Shown here: piece after piece, positions 9,409 to 18,570 of the stretch
Numbering within the stretch: the stretch's first letter is position 1
Layout: each line of letters begins with the position of its first letter
Source of the DNA: Methanothrix sp.
GTDB lineage: Archaea; Halobacteriota; Methanosarcinia; Methanotrichales; Methanotrichaceae
Reading direction: 5' to 3'
NCBI GenBank assembly: GCA_040770465.1
Contig: JAXGJB010000002.1
Coordinates: forward strand, 1 to 64,000
Length of the DNA: 64,000 nt
The notes under the pieces: generated by a model
What the model saw: the letters and a program-made list of their open reading frames with translations, nothing else
What the model was told of the DNA's origin: nothing
The model's database searches: none
Translations under genes and position numbers: made by a program

Positions 9409-9691
9409 ATCACCTACAAAGTCTTACTTCGTTCACAACCTACCTCTCCACCAACCATAGCCTGGCCTGGGAAATTTAAATACCTATTTTTCATATCAGG
9501 CCCCTGTTAGTCGGTTTTTGGCCGGTTCCGGTTATGTGAACCGCCTGTGACCCTCATGTAGACGACCTTAGGGGGAAATAGGGGGAAAGAAGGGGAGTGG
9601 GGGTTGGAGGGGCGGTCGGGTTGGCGGGAATGGCTACAAAAGTTTTTATCTACAGACGTCTTTTTATACTAGAGTACTCCAACTGTATTAT

Positions 9692-11134
9692 ATGAAACTT
9701 ATATCTATCTTAGGTGCAGTTTTGCTGCTCTGGTCGGCTTTAATAGTGGGTGTAGGATCAGGTCTAAAATACGATATTGGGGGCAAAGGAGAACCATTTG
9801 GTGGAGATGGTTACCACGGCACTCACTCCGTTCAATTAGATTACGACCAAAAGATACGGTATGTAAGAATAGATATCACAGATCCGATACCTTTTGATGA
9901 GTTAGATGATCTCTCTATAGCTATAAAACCACTGACTGAATGTGGATTTATATATATCGAACTCTGGTTTGACGGCGATGGTGACGGGAAGTGGAAAAGC
10001 AAAAGCGAACGAGATTTGAAGCTTTTTACCTCACGGCTCAGTATATCCGATCTTGGATTAGTGGTGAATGAATGGACAGATCTTAATGCGATGGATCTTG
10101 AATACGGCGAGAGCAGAGCTAGAGATCCAAAATTTGATCTTCAGGACTGGATGGATGATACAGAAAATTTAAATTTAATAAGATTATATGTTAGATTCGA
10201 TACTACTTCAAAAACATACCCAACAATTGGCAGCATATGGCTATTCGATTACTTCAGAATAAACGGCATGGTCGCCAGCTTTGAGCCGGACGAGGGCCCC
10301 ACCGAGAAGACAGGAAAACCGAGCAGGATTAGCGAGGGTGGCAAGATCACCTACACCATCACTTATGGGAACGATTTGATGACGAACCTCACCAACTTCG
10401 TCATCGTTGAGTATTATGACTCCAGGATGAGCCTCATCTCGGCAGACCCCCGCCCGGACCCTGGGACCAACAACGTCTGGACGATAGGAAACCTCTCTCC
10501 CGGCAGCTACGGCAAGATCGTCCTGGTGATGAAGATGTATAAGCAGAACTTCGTCGCGGACGTCGATGGGCGGGTCCTCGGGGACGGCTTCGTCTCCGTC
10601 CGGCGGAGGTTCACCACCGATAGGAGCCCCTCGATGATAGTAAACCAGGTCAGGATATCCTCCGACCAGCGGGAGTGGCAGAGGAGGGTGGTGACGCCGG
10701 TGAGGCCCATCGTGGGGACGACCCTCAGCTTCACAGAGCACGGCTCCGGGCGCTACTCATCGGAGGAGGTTTTGAGCTACAGGACCACCACCATGAAGAT
10801 GGATCGGTCCTTTGACGCCGTCCGGGCACCGACGTCCCTCTCCCTCCCCTTCGGCCGCGCCATCGGCTTTGACTCCGGCTGGGGCGCAAGCCACCTCTGC
10901 ATGGACGAGAAGAGGGGCTCGATGATATGGGATCGGTATTTATACGCCGACAGGCTCAACTGCACGGGCCGGGCCAATGTTCGGAGCACGAGGCTCATCC
11001 TCGACTCCGAGTCGAACTTCTCCGGGATGGCGATATACGAGATAAAGAGCCACACATCCGGGCGCGACGCCGATCTCGCCAGCGTCTTTGAGGGGAGCTA
11101 CTCCCTCAGAACAGGAAGCGAGGTCTATAAGTGA
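9692..11134 (+). CDS. Secreted DUF11-domain surface protein
   Basis: Signal peptide MKLISILGAVLLLWSALIVG; DUF11-like KTGKP..ISEGGKITYTITYGN...WTIGNLSPG. Confidence 0.8.
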   Translation: MKLISILGAVLLLWSALIVGVGSGLKYDIGGKGEPFGGDGYHGTHSVQLDYDQKIRYVRIDITDPIPFDELDDLSIAIKPLTECGFIYIELWFDGDGDGKWKSKSERDLKLFTSRLSISDLGLVVNEWTDLNAMDLEYGESRARDPKFDLQDWMDDTENLNLIRLYVRFDTTSKTYPTIGSIWLFDYFRINGMVASFEPDEGPTEKTGKPSRISEGGKITYTITYGNDLMTNLTNFVIVEYYDSRMSLISADPRPDPGTNNVWTIGNLSPGSYGKIVLVMKMYKQNFVADVDGRVLGDGFVSVRRRFTTDRSPSMIVNQVRISSDQREWQRRVVTPVRPIVGTTLSFTEHGSGRYSSEEVLSYRTTTMKMDRSFDAVRAPTSLSLPFGRAIGFDSGWGASHLCMDEKRGSMIWDRYLYADRLNCTGRANVRSTRLILDSESNFSGMAIYEIKSHTSGRDADLASVFEGSYSLRTGSEVYK

Positions 11135-11403
11135 TGTATTAATTTGAGTGAATGAAAACGCAGGAAGAAGACTTGGACCGCCAAATGAGCAAAAGGGATG
11201 TGGATGAGAGGGCGGAGGGAGATGCCCTCTCATCCTCATAGGAGGTCTGGCGATCTTCTGTTTCCCACTCCCCTTCCCGCTGAAATAGGCTACAACTCCC
11301 CCCTTTAAATGGCTATTTTTCACGTACGGTTCACGTTGGTTTCATCTGAAATCATCCGCCCAAACCGCAAGTCTATTATCCTCGAAACCGGCCTGTGAAC
11401 TTC

Positions 11404-12318
11404 ATGGGTCTCAACGTCCCCAAGTTCATCGATGAAGCCATAGCAGAGATTCGTCGCACGGTGGAGGGAAGAGCGGTCATCGGCCTCTCGGGGGGGGTGG
11501 ACAGCTCTGTCTGCGCCTTTCTCGCCCGGGAGGCGATCGGAGACCGGCTCCTCCCGGTCTACGTCGACAGCGGCCTCATGCGGAAGAACGAGTCCAAGAA
11601 GATAGCCGAGACCTTCTCCGACTTCAACCTCATCACCGTCCACGCTGAGGAGAGGTTTCTCGGCGCTCTTGCTGGGATCGTCGACCCCGAGGAGAAGAGG
11701 AAGGTGGTGGGAGAGACCTTCATCCGGGTCTTCGAGGACGAGGCGAGGCAGATCGGCGCCGAGTACCTGATCCAGGGGACGATCTACCCCGACCTGATCG
11801 AGTCGGAGGGGGGGATCAAGTCCCACCACAACGTCGGAGGCCTTCCCCTGAAGATGGAGTTTAAGGGTATCGTCGAGCCCCTCCGGGAGCTCTACAAGGA
11901 CGAGGTGAGGGCCGTCGCTCGGGGGCTATCCATGCCTGCGGAGATATGCGAGCGGATGCCCTACCCCGGCCCCGGCCTCTCCGTCAGGATCCTCGGAGAG
12001 GTGACCCGAGAGAAGCTCGAGGTCGTCCGGGCGGCAAACGCCATCGTCGAGGAGGAGCTGTTGGGCTTTCTCCCCTGGCAGGCCTTCGCTGCGATCCTGG
12101 GGAAGGCGACCGGGGTGAAGGGCGACATCAGGGCCTACGGCTACGTGGTGGCGGTGAGGGCGGTCTCGTCCAGGGACGCCATGACCGCCGACGTTCTGGA
12201 GCTGCCGTGGGAGGTCCTGAGGCGGATATCCACCAGGATCACAGGAGAGATCCCCGAGGTGTCGAGGGTCGTCTACGACCTGACACCAAAGCCCCCGGGG
12301 ACGATCGAGTTCGAGTGA
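11404..12318 (+). CDS. guaAB: GMP synthase subunit B (ATP pyrophosphatase)
   Basis: [37 protein letters not shown]. Confidence 0.96.
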   Translation: MGLNVPKFIDEAIAEIRRTVEGRAVIGLSGGVDSSVCAFLAREAIGDRLLPVYVDSGLMRKNESKKIAETFSDFNLITVHAEERFLGALAGIVDPEEKRKVVGETFIRVFEDEARQIGAEYLIQGTIYPDLIESEGGIKSHHNVGGLPLKMEFKGIVEPLRELYKDEVRAVARGLSMPAEICERMPYPGPGLSVRILGEVTREKLEVVRAANAIVEEELLGFLPWQAFAAILGKATGVKGDIRAYGYVVAVRAVSSRDAMTADVLELPWEVLRRISTRITGEIPEVSRVVYDLTPKPPGTIEFE

Positions 12319-12347
12319 CGGGATCGGATACCGCGATAAGCTGAAGT

Positions 12348-12914
12348 TCAGAGGACGCCCTTGGTGCTGAGGACGAGGTCGCCCTCGACCCTTTTCGCCT
12401 CTTTCAACGCGAGCCCCAGGGACTTGAAGATGCTCTCGGCCTTGTGGTGGTCGTTATCACCTTCGAACTTCAGGTTCAGGGTGAGCCGACCCCCATCAGT
12501 CAGGGCCGCGAGGAACGTCCTCACATCCTGAGATGCGAGGTCTCCGATCAGGTCGCTCTCAAACTCGCCGGCCATGACCAGGTACGGCCTCCCTGATATG
12601 TCCAGGGCCGCCAGGGCCAGGGCCTCGTCCATGGGGACCGCCGCCCAGCCGTACCGTTTTATACCCTTCTTATCCCCCAGGGCGGCGGCGAGGGCCGCCC
12701 CCAGGGCGAGGCCCAGGGCCCGAGCCCTCTGGGCCGCGATCCCGCCCTCGGCCTTCGCCGATATATCGATCCCGCTCATCCTCGCCAGGGCCGAGAGCAT
12801 GTGGTCGAGAAACCCCGATCCGGAATCAGGATTCGCCTCGCCCCTGCCGTCGAGGTCGAGATCGACCATCGCCCGCGCTCCGCCCACCTTTGATTCTCCC
12901 TTCCCCTTCCTCAT
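12348..12914 (-). CDS. hisB: Imidazoleglycerol-phosphate dehydratase-like protein (first HHxxE motif absent)
   Basis: FLDHML, RYG..VPMDEAL, DISGRP, NDHHKAESIFK, STKGVL; downstream of hisA. Confidence 0.85.
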   Translation of the reverse strand: MRKGKGESKVGGARAMVDLDLDGRGEANPDSGSGFLDHMLSALARMSGIDISAKAEGGIAAQRARALGLALGAALAAALGDKKGIKRYGWAAVPMDEALALAALDISGRPYLVMAGEFESDLIGDLASQDVRTFLAALTDGGRLTLNLKFEGDNDHHKAESIFKSLGLALKEAKRVEGDLVLSTKGVL

Positions 12915-13021
12915 GCCATCACCTGCTTATTCTCCTCCACAAACCCAACCTTCCACGAAATCTCCACAAACCCACTCCACCCCTATACGAAACCTCCACA
13001 AACCCTCCATGAACCTCTCGG

Positions 13022-13747
13022 TCACGATCTGAGGGCTGAAAGGGCCTCCCTGAAGTCGAGCTTTCCCGTATATATCGCCGTACCGACGACGGCCCCGGCG
13101 GCCCCCGCGTCCCTGAGGACCAGGACGTCCTCCACCGTCGAGACCCCGCCGGCCGCCACCACCGGGATATCGACCGCCTCGACGAGCTTTCGGGTCGGCT
13201 CGGGGTCGATCCCCCGGACCTGCCCCTCGACGTCGATGTTGGTGAAGAGGATCGAGCCTGCGCCCCTCTCCTGGAATAGGAGGCCAAGCTCGATCGCCCC
13301 CTTCTCCAGGTCCCTCTGCCACCCCTCGGTGGTCACCTTCCCCCTTCTCACGTCCAGGGCCACCATCACCCTCTCGGAGCCGAAGTCGGCCGCAAGCTCC
13401 GTCACCATCTCGGGTCGGGCCAGGGCGGCCGTCCCCAGGATGACCCGGTCGACGCCAAGGTCGAGGAGCGACGCTGCATCCTCCCGGGTCCTGATACCGC
13501 CGCCGACCTGGATGAAGAGGTCGAGGGTCTCCACGATCTCCTGGAGGATGGGTCCGTTGATCCGAACCCCCTGGATCGCCCCGTCCAGATCGATGATGTG
13601 AAGGACCCGCGACCCCATCTCGGCCCATCGGACCGCCTGGGCCAGGGGGTCGTCGAGGCTGACCACCTCGGAGCCCGGCACCCCCTGAACAAGCTGGACG
13701 CATTTTCCACCGCGGAGGTCAACCGCGGGGAAGAGATCAAAACTCAT
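13022..13747 (-). CDS. hisA: ProFAR isomerase HisA
   Basis: FPAVDLRGGKCVQLVQG, HIIDLDGA, QVGGGIR, AAGGVS. Confidence 0.95.
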   Translation of the reverse strand: MSFDLFPAVDLRGGKCVQLVQGVPGSEVVSLDDPLAQAVRWAEMGSRVLHIIDLDGAIQGVRINGPILQEIVETLDLFIQVGGGIRTREDAASLLDLGVDRVILGTAALARPEMVTELAADFGSERVMVALDVRRGKVTTEGWQRDLEKGAIELGLLFQERGAGSILFTNIDVEGQVRGIDPEPTRKLVEAVDIPVVAAGGVSTVEDVLVLRDAGAAGAVVGTAIYTGKLDFREALSALRS

Positions 13748-13790
13748 GAGAGGAGGCTAGATCCCCTCAGACCTTAAGTTTTTGGGGCAT

Positions 13791-16700
13791 CTAGCTCCAG
13801 AACCTCTTCGTCCTGGCGTACTCGCGCTCTGCCTTGAGGATGTCCCGGTAGAAGTCGGTCTCGTCCCGGCGGAGGTTACGCATCAACCTCGCCGCCGTCT
13901 CGGGGCCGAGGCCGCGGCTCGCGAGGGTGACGGCGGCGGCCTTGCCGTAGGTGAGGACGAGGTTTGCGTTCCGATAGACCCTTTTCGTCCTCCGCCGTTC
14001 TTCGGGGGTCTTCGCCTCCTCGGGCTTTCTTGCGATCCTGATCTCCTCTTCCTCCCAGGGTTTGAGGGCCGCCACCATCCTCGATCCGCAGATGGGGCAC
14101 TCGGGAACCGCTGGCACATTCTTGACCATCCGGAGCGACTTCCACTTTTTGCAGCTGACGCAGAAGAGGATCACCCGGTCGTTCATGATCCGATCTTTGA
14201 GAAGCTCGATTACGGCGCCGTCGGCCCGTTCCGGAGCAGTCACGTCCCTTCCGCCGCGCCTCCCCTCGGAGCCGATGGGGCTCGGCGCCGAGGTGGTGAC
14301 GGAGATCTCGCCGGACCTCACCATCTCCAAGACCTCCTTCGCCCTCTCGACGTCGAGCCGATCGAAGAATACCTCCCTCATCGCCTCCCGGCCGATGGGC
14401 CCGTCGACGAAGAGGCCGAGGACCCTCTTCAAGCTCACCGTTTCCCGGTCGACGTCCCGGCGGAGGGCCCCGAACCTCCGGGCGACGTGGACCATCCTCC
14501 AGGTGAATAGCGACGTGTTCTTGAGGGTCATCTCCAGGATCGGTCCGATGTGATCGGGGTCGGTCTCGGCGATGAGTGCTGCCACCTCTTCGGCCATGAT
14601 CGTCTTCGGGGTCTCAAGGCCGATCCGGTAGGGGTCGACGTCGAGGGCGACGCTCGTCCCGAGCCTCGCCGAGAGTAGGGCGGTCATGACCCTCCCCAGG
14701 GACTCGTTCACCTGATGGCCGAAGCAACCGTTGACGGTGAGGTAGGTTCCATCCCCCTCGACGACGATGGTCCGGTGATCGGGGACGGGCAGGTGATGAG
14801 CGAGCTGAGACTTTATCATCTTCACGAAGACCATCGCCGCCTCCGGGTCCACCGGGTATTCGCCGGTCAGAAAGCCGATGGCTGCAGCCTCGCCTCTCCC
14901 GGCCGTGCCGTTGCCTTTCCCTTCATCATTCGCAGCTCCGCCTTCACTGTCACCCTCCACCGCGCCGCCGTCACCGTCATCGTCCGCCGCTCCGCCGTCG
15001 CTGTCATCGTCCGCCGCTCCGCCGTCGCTGTCATCTCCCCCTCCGCCACCCACTTCCAGGATCCGGGCCACCCGCCCTCTGATCTCTCCAGCCTCCTGGG
15101 CCACCCCCCAGGGGACGGGGATCTCCTCCCCCGACCAGGAGGGGATCTCGCCCCCCCTCTGGATGGGGGCGACTTTGATCTCCCCCTCCTCGTCGGATAT
15201 CTCCACGATCTCCCACATCTCGCCCCGTGAGACGAAGGTGGCCCCCGGCTCGGCGAAGTTGACGACGAAGGCCTCGTCGAGGGTGCCGACGGGCTTTCTT
15301 CCCACCACGTCGAAGACCTTGTACCTCTTCTCGTCGGGGATCATCGATAGGTTCTGGTAGTAGTACTGCCAGGACTTCCTCCTCCTCCGGAGGACGCCGT
15401 CCTCGAAGGAGACGAGCCAGTGGTCTGCGATCTCGCGGGCCACCTCCTCCATCTCGGCGAAGGCGAGGTCCCGGAATGGATAAGACCTCTTCACGATCTC
15501 AAAGCACCTTTGCAGCGTGATCTCGCCGAAGTCGAGGGCGAGCCCCACCAGCTGGTTTGCCAGGACGTCCTTCGGACTCTGGTGGACCCTCGTCTCCTCA
15601 AGCTCGCGAGAGTTCGCCCGTCTCGCGATCGCCGCGGCCTCGGCGACGTCGTCGGGGCCGGTGGCGATGATCGTCCCCGCCGAGGTCATTCCCATCCGAT
15701 GGCCGGCTCTTCCAACCCTCTGGACGAGGCGGGAGACCTCCCTTGGCGAGCTGTACTGGATGACGTGGTCGACGTCTCCGATGTCGATCCCAAGCTCCAT
15801 CGAGGAGGTGCAGACGAGCCCCCGGAGGCGCCCCGCCTTGAAGGCTTCTTCCGCCTCGATCCTCGCCTCTTTTGAGAGGCTCCCGTGGTGGACCCCGATC
15901 CTCTCGCCCAAAATCCGAAAGCTCGAACCCAGCACCTCGGCGGCCTGGCGGGTGTTGACGAATACGAGGCACCTCTCTTTCTCCACCGCCTCTCTTATCG
16001 TCCGGATCTGGGCTGCGAGGACGGGGTCGCACTCCAGCTCCTTTGCGAGGGCGTAGTCGCCGCCCCTCGGCTGGGGCGAGATCACCCGGAACCTCGCCTG
16101 CCGCTCCACCTCCGCCTCGACGATCCTGCAGATCCTCTCTGGCCCCACGAGAAACTCGGCCACCGCCTCCGGCGATCCCACGGTGGCCGAGAGGCCGACC
16201 CTCTGGAACTCTCCAGCCACCTCCACCATCCTCTCCAAAACGACGGCGAGCTGGGACCCCCGCTTCGATGCCGCCAGCTCATGGACCTCGTCGATGACGA
16301 CGGTTTTGACGCCCCGAAGGTTCATTCGGAGCCGTTTTCCTGTCAGCATCACCTGGAGGGTCTCTGGAGTCGTGATGAGGAGGTCAGGAGGCCGAAGGGA
16401 CTGGGCGCGCCTCTCGGATTGGGTGGTGTCGCCGTGGCGGACGGCGACGGTGATCGAGAGCTCCTCGCCCCAGCTTTTGAGGCGGGAGAGCATGTCCCGA
16501 TTGAGGGCCCGAAGCGGCGTGACGTAGACGGCGGAGATCCTGCCGCCCGTCTCCACCTCCTCCTCCTCACCGTTTCCTCCTCGCCCACCTGTCCTCCCGT
16601 CCTCTCCGCTCTCACTTTTTCTCTCACTTTTTCTCCCGTCGCCCTCTCCTCGCCCCCCACTTCCCTCCCCCCTTCCCGCCGTCCTCCCGCGAGGCCGGGC

Positions 16701-16898
16701 TTTATCCCGGAGGATCTTGTGAAATACGGGGAGGGCTGCAGCCTCGGTCTTGCCTGTCCCGGTGGGGGCTATGAGGAGGACGTCCTCGCCTGCCAGAATA
16801 CGGGGGATGGCCTTCTCCTGGGGCGGAGTCGGCTCCGCTATCTTCTGGCGGGCGAGCATCCCCCGGATCTCGGGCCGGAGCCTGGAAAAGGCGGTCAC
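13791..16898 (-). CDS. lhr: ATP-dependent Lhr-like SF2 helicase with C-terminal Zn ribbon
   Basis: APTGTGKT, TPLRALNRD, DEVHE, LSAT, QRVGRAGH, CVSC/CPIC. Confidence 0.93.
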   Translation of the reverse strand: MTAFSRLRPEIRGMLARQKIAEPTPPQEKAIPRILAGEDVLLIAPTGTGKTEAAALPVFHKILRDKARPRGRTAGRGEGSGGRGEGDGRKSERKSESGEDGRTGGRGGNGEEEEVETGGRISAVYVTPLRALNRDMLSRLKSWGEELSITVAVRHGDTTQSERRAQSLRPPDLLITTPETLQVMLTGKRLRMNLRGVKTVVIDEVHELAASKRGSQLAVVLERMVEVAGEFQRVGLSATVGSPEAVAEFLVGPERICRIVEAEVERQARFRVISPQPRGGDYALAKELECDPVLAAQIRTIREAVEKERCLVFVNTRQAAEVLGSSFRILGERIGVHHGSLSKEARIEAEEAFKAGRLRGLVCTSSMELGIDIGDVDHVIQYSSPREVSRLVQRVGRAGHRMGMTSAGTIIATGPDDVAEAAAIARRANSRELEETRVHQSPKDVLANQLVGLALDFGEITLQRCFEIVKRSYPFRDLAFAEMEEVAREIADHWLVSFEDGVLRRRRKSWQYYYQNLSMIPDEKRYKVFDVVGRKPVGTLDEAFVVNFAEPGATFVSRGEMWEIVEISDEEGEIKVAPIQRGGEIPSWSGEEIPVPWGVAQEAGEIRGRVARILEVGGGGGDDSDGGAADDDSDGGAADDDGDGGAVEGDSEGGAANDEGKGNGTAGRGEAAAIGFLTGEYPVDPEAAMVFVKMIKSQLAHHLPVPDHRTIVVEGDGTYLTVNGCFGHQVNESLGRVMTALLSARLGTSVALDVDPYRIGLETPKTIMAEEVAALIAETDPDHIGPILEMTLKNTSLFTWRMVHVARRFGALRRDVDRETVSLKRVLGLFVDGPIGREAMREVFFDRLDVERAKEVLEMVRSGEISVTTSAPSPIGSEGRRGGRDVTAPERADGAVIELLKDRIMNDRVILFCVSCKKWKSLRMVKNVPAVPECPICGSRMVAALKPWEEEEIRIARKPEEAKTPEERRRTKRVYRNANLVLTYGKAAAVTLASRGLGPETAARLMRNLRRDETDFYRDILKAEREYARTKRFWS

Positions 16899-16955
16899 AA
16901 ATCATAAGTTCACCGAGGGATAATAATAGCCTCGCGTGGAGGAATTTTTCTGCAG

Positions 16956-17405
16956 GTGGCGGTAGTCGGAGCAGGGGATTACGAGGAGAAGAGGTGCGAA
17001 CTCGCGCGAGAGCTTGGCCGGAAGATCGCAGAGCGGGGTCACGTCCTGATCACCGGCGGCCTTGGCGGAGTGATGGAGGCCGCCTCAGAGGGGGCAAAGA
17101 AGGCGGGGGGAGTGACCGTCGGGATCCTCCCCGGGGAGAAGGAGACGGCAAACAGCTACGTCAACGTCGCCATCGGCACCGGGATGGGCCACGGGAGAAA
17201 CGCCATAATCGTCCGGAGCTCCGACGTGGTGATCGCGCTCCCGGGCCTCTACGGCACCCTCTCCGAGATCGCCCTGGCCCTGAAGATGGGAAAATTGGTG
17301 ATCGACCTCGGCGACTGGAACGTCGATGGGATGCAAAAGGCTGCAAGCCCCGAGGAGGCGATGAAGATCGCGGAGGGGAAGCGATTGGCGAAGTCTGGCG
17401 ATTGA
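16956..17405 (+). CDS. TIGR00725 family (LOG-like) protein
   Basis: TGGLGGVMEAA, GILPG, TGMGHGRN, GTLSEIALA. Confidence 0.88.
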   Translation: MAVVGAGDYEEKRCELARELGRKIAERGHVLITGGLGGVMEAASEGAKKAGGVTVGILPGEKETANSYVNVAIGTGMGHGRNAIIVRSSDVVIALPGLYGTLSEIALALKMGKLVIDLGDWNVDGMQKAASPEEAMKIAEGKRLAKSGD

Positions 17406-17589
17406 TCCGGCTTGAAAATGGGCAACGAATTTGGGATCTCTTCGGTGCTTCTCGCCGAATCCTGCCCGGGTTGAAGAGCCCAGTTCTATCTTTTTGCCCC
17501 TGACCATCCGGCGAATATCATCCGCTGTCTTCCCCAGCTGATCCATTTCTCTCGTAATCTTTTTAACATACTTCGCCCATGTCGCTCTC

Positions 17590-17889
17590 ATGTTCAAGCA
17601 CAGCTGGGTTTTGGCACTGCTTCTCGTCCTGGCCGCAGCCTTCGCCTGCGGCTGCCAGGAGAAGGCAGGAGAGGGAGAAGAGGCTGCAACAACTGGAGCC
17701 GAAGATGTTGAAGAGGCTGCAACAACTGGAGCCGAAGATGTTGAAGAGGCTGCAACAACTGGAGCCGAAGATGTTGAAGAGGCTGCAACAACTGGAGCCG
17801 AAGATGTCGAAGGGGCTGCAGCAACTGGAGCCGAAGACGTTGAAGAGGCCGCAGATGACGCAGTAGGCAAAGTCGAGGCCGAGTGCTAG
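17590..17889 (+). CDS. Acidic repeat lipoprotein
   Basis: Signal peptide with AFACGC lipobox-like Cys, then (EEAATTGAEDV) repeats. Confidence 0.75.
   Translation: MFKHSWVLALLLVLAAAFACGCQEKAGEGEEAATTGAEDVEEAATTGAEDVEEAATTGAEDVEEAATTGAEDVEGAAATGAEDVEEAADDAVGKVEAEC
17677..17852 (+). repeat. 33-bp tandem repeat, about 5 copies
   Basis: GAAGAGGCTGCAACAACTGGAGCCGAAGATGTT repeated. Confidence 0.92.
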
Positions 17890-17970
17890 CACTGAGCCGA
17901 AGCAACATCGGGCGCTTCGCTTTTTCTCCTTTTTTGCCGAGGGCGACGAGTTCATCTCGGAAATATTCTT

Positions 17971-18261
17971 TCATCTTCCATCGATCGGCTTTGCGCCTCC
18001 GGGCATCTCGTCTCGCCTCCGGGCAGCGCCTCCGGGGCTTCTGGCCATCATCTCAAGGTCCCTGATCCTCTCTTCCTGGGAGATGAACGCCTCCTCCAGA
18101 TCCAGCAGGTTCTCAACCTGGTGCTCCAGGTCTTTCAGCCTCGATTCGATGCTCACCCGGAAGGCGAGATAGCTGAAGATCAGGGTCAGAAGGGCGCTGG
18201 TCATCGCTCCCGCTGCGGCGATCAAAAGGGACCCTTCGTTGATCTCTATGGCTACCACCAA
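17971..18261 (-). CDS. Hypothetical single-TM coiled-coil protein
   Basis: Hydrophobic N-terminus, then heptad LKDLEHQVENLLDLEE; AGGTGA RBS. Confidence 0.6.
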   Translation of the reverse strand: MVVAIEINEGSLLIAAAGAMTSALLTLIFSYLAFRVSIESRLKDLEHQVENLLDLEEAFISQEERIRDLEMMARSPGGAARRRDEMPGGAKPIDGR

Positions 18262-18570
18262 TTCTCACCTATCCTGTCCTGTCCTATCCTATCCCCGACC
18301 TGGAGGATGGACCCCGCAGGCGCCACCTCCGGCGGGAAGCCGATCAGGCGCCCATAATCTCGTCATTTTATATCGCAGTTCTTCGCGCGGCGCGGAAGTA
18401 ATGCCGGGCTGGAATGGCACGACGGGATAAGCTTTGAATGACAGGCTCAAGGGTGCGCGCTGGAATTATTCACCTACGAAGAAGTTTCATCCGGCCAGGG
18501 TCCGAGATACAGAGTAGAAATCTTTTTACGCATCGGGTTCATTATTATTCCGCGTAAGAGGGAGACTTAC

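Noticed and set aside
12935-13005. Mini-CRISPR array
   Set aside because: 12-bp repeats, 15-20-bp spacers, three copies and no cas genes
17594-17974. Minus-strand ORF coupled to the 17971 gene
   Set aside because: Mostly antisense to the repeat lipoprotein; openness is explained by the 33-bp repeat
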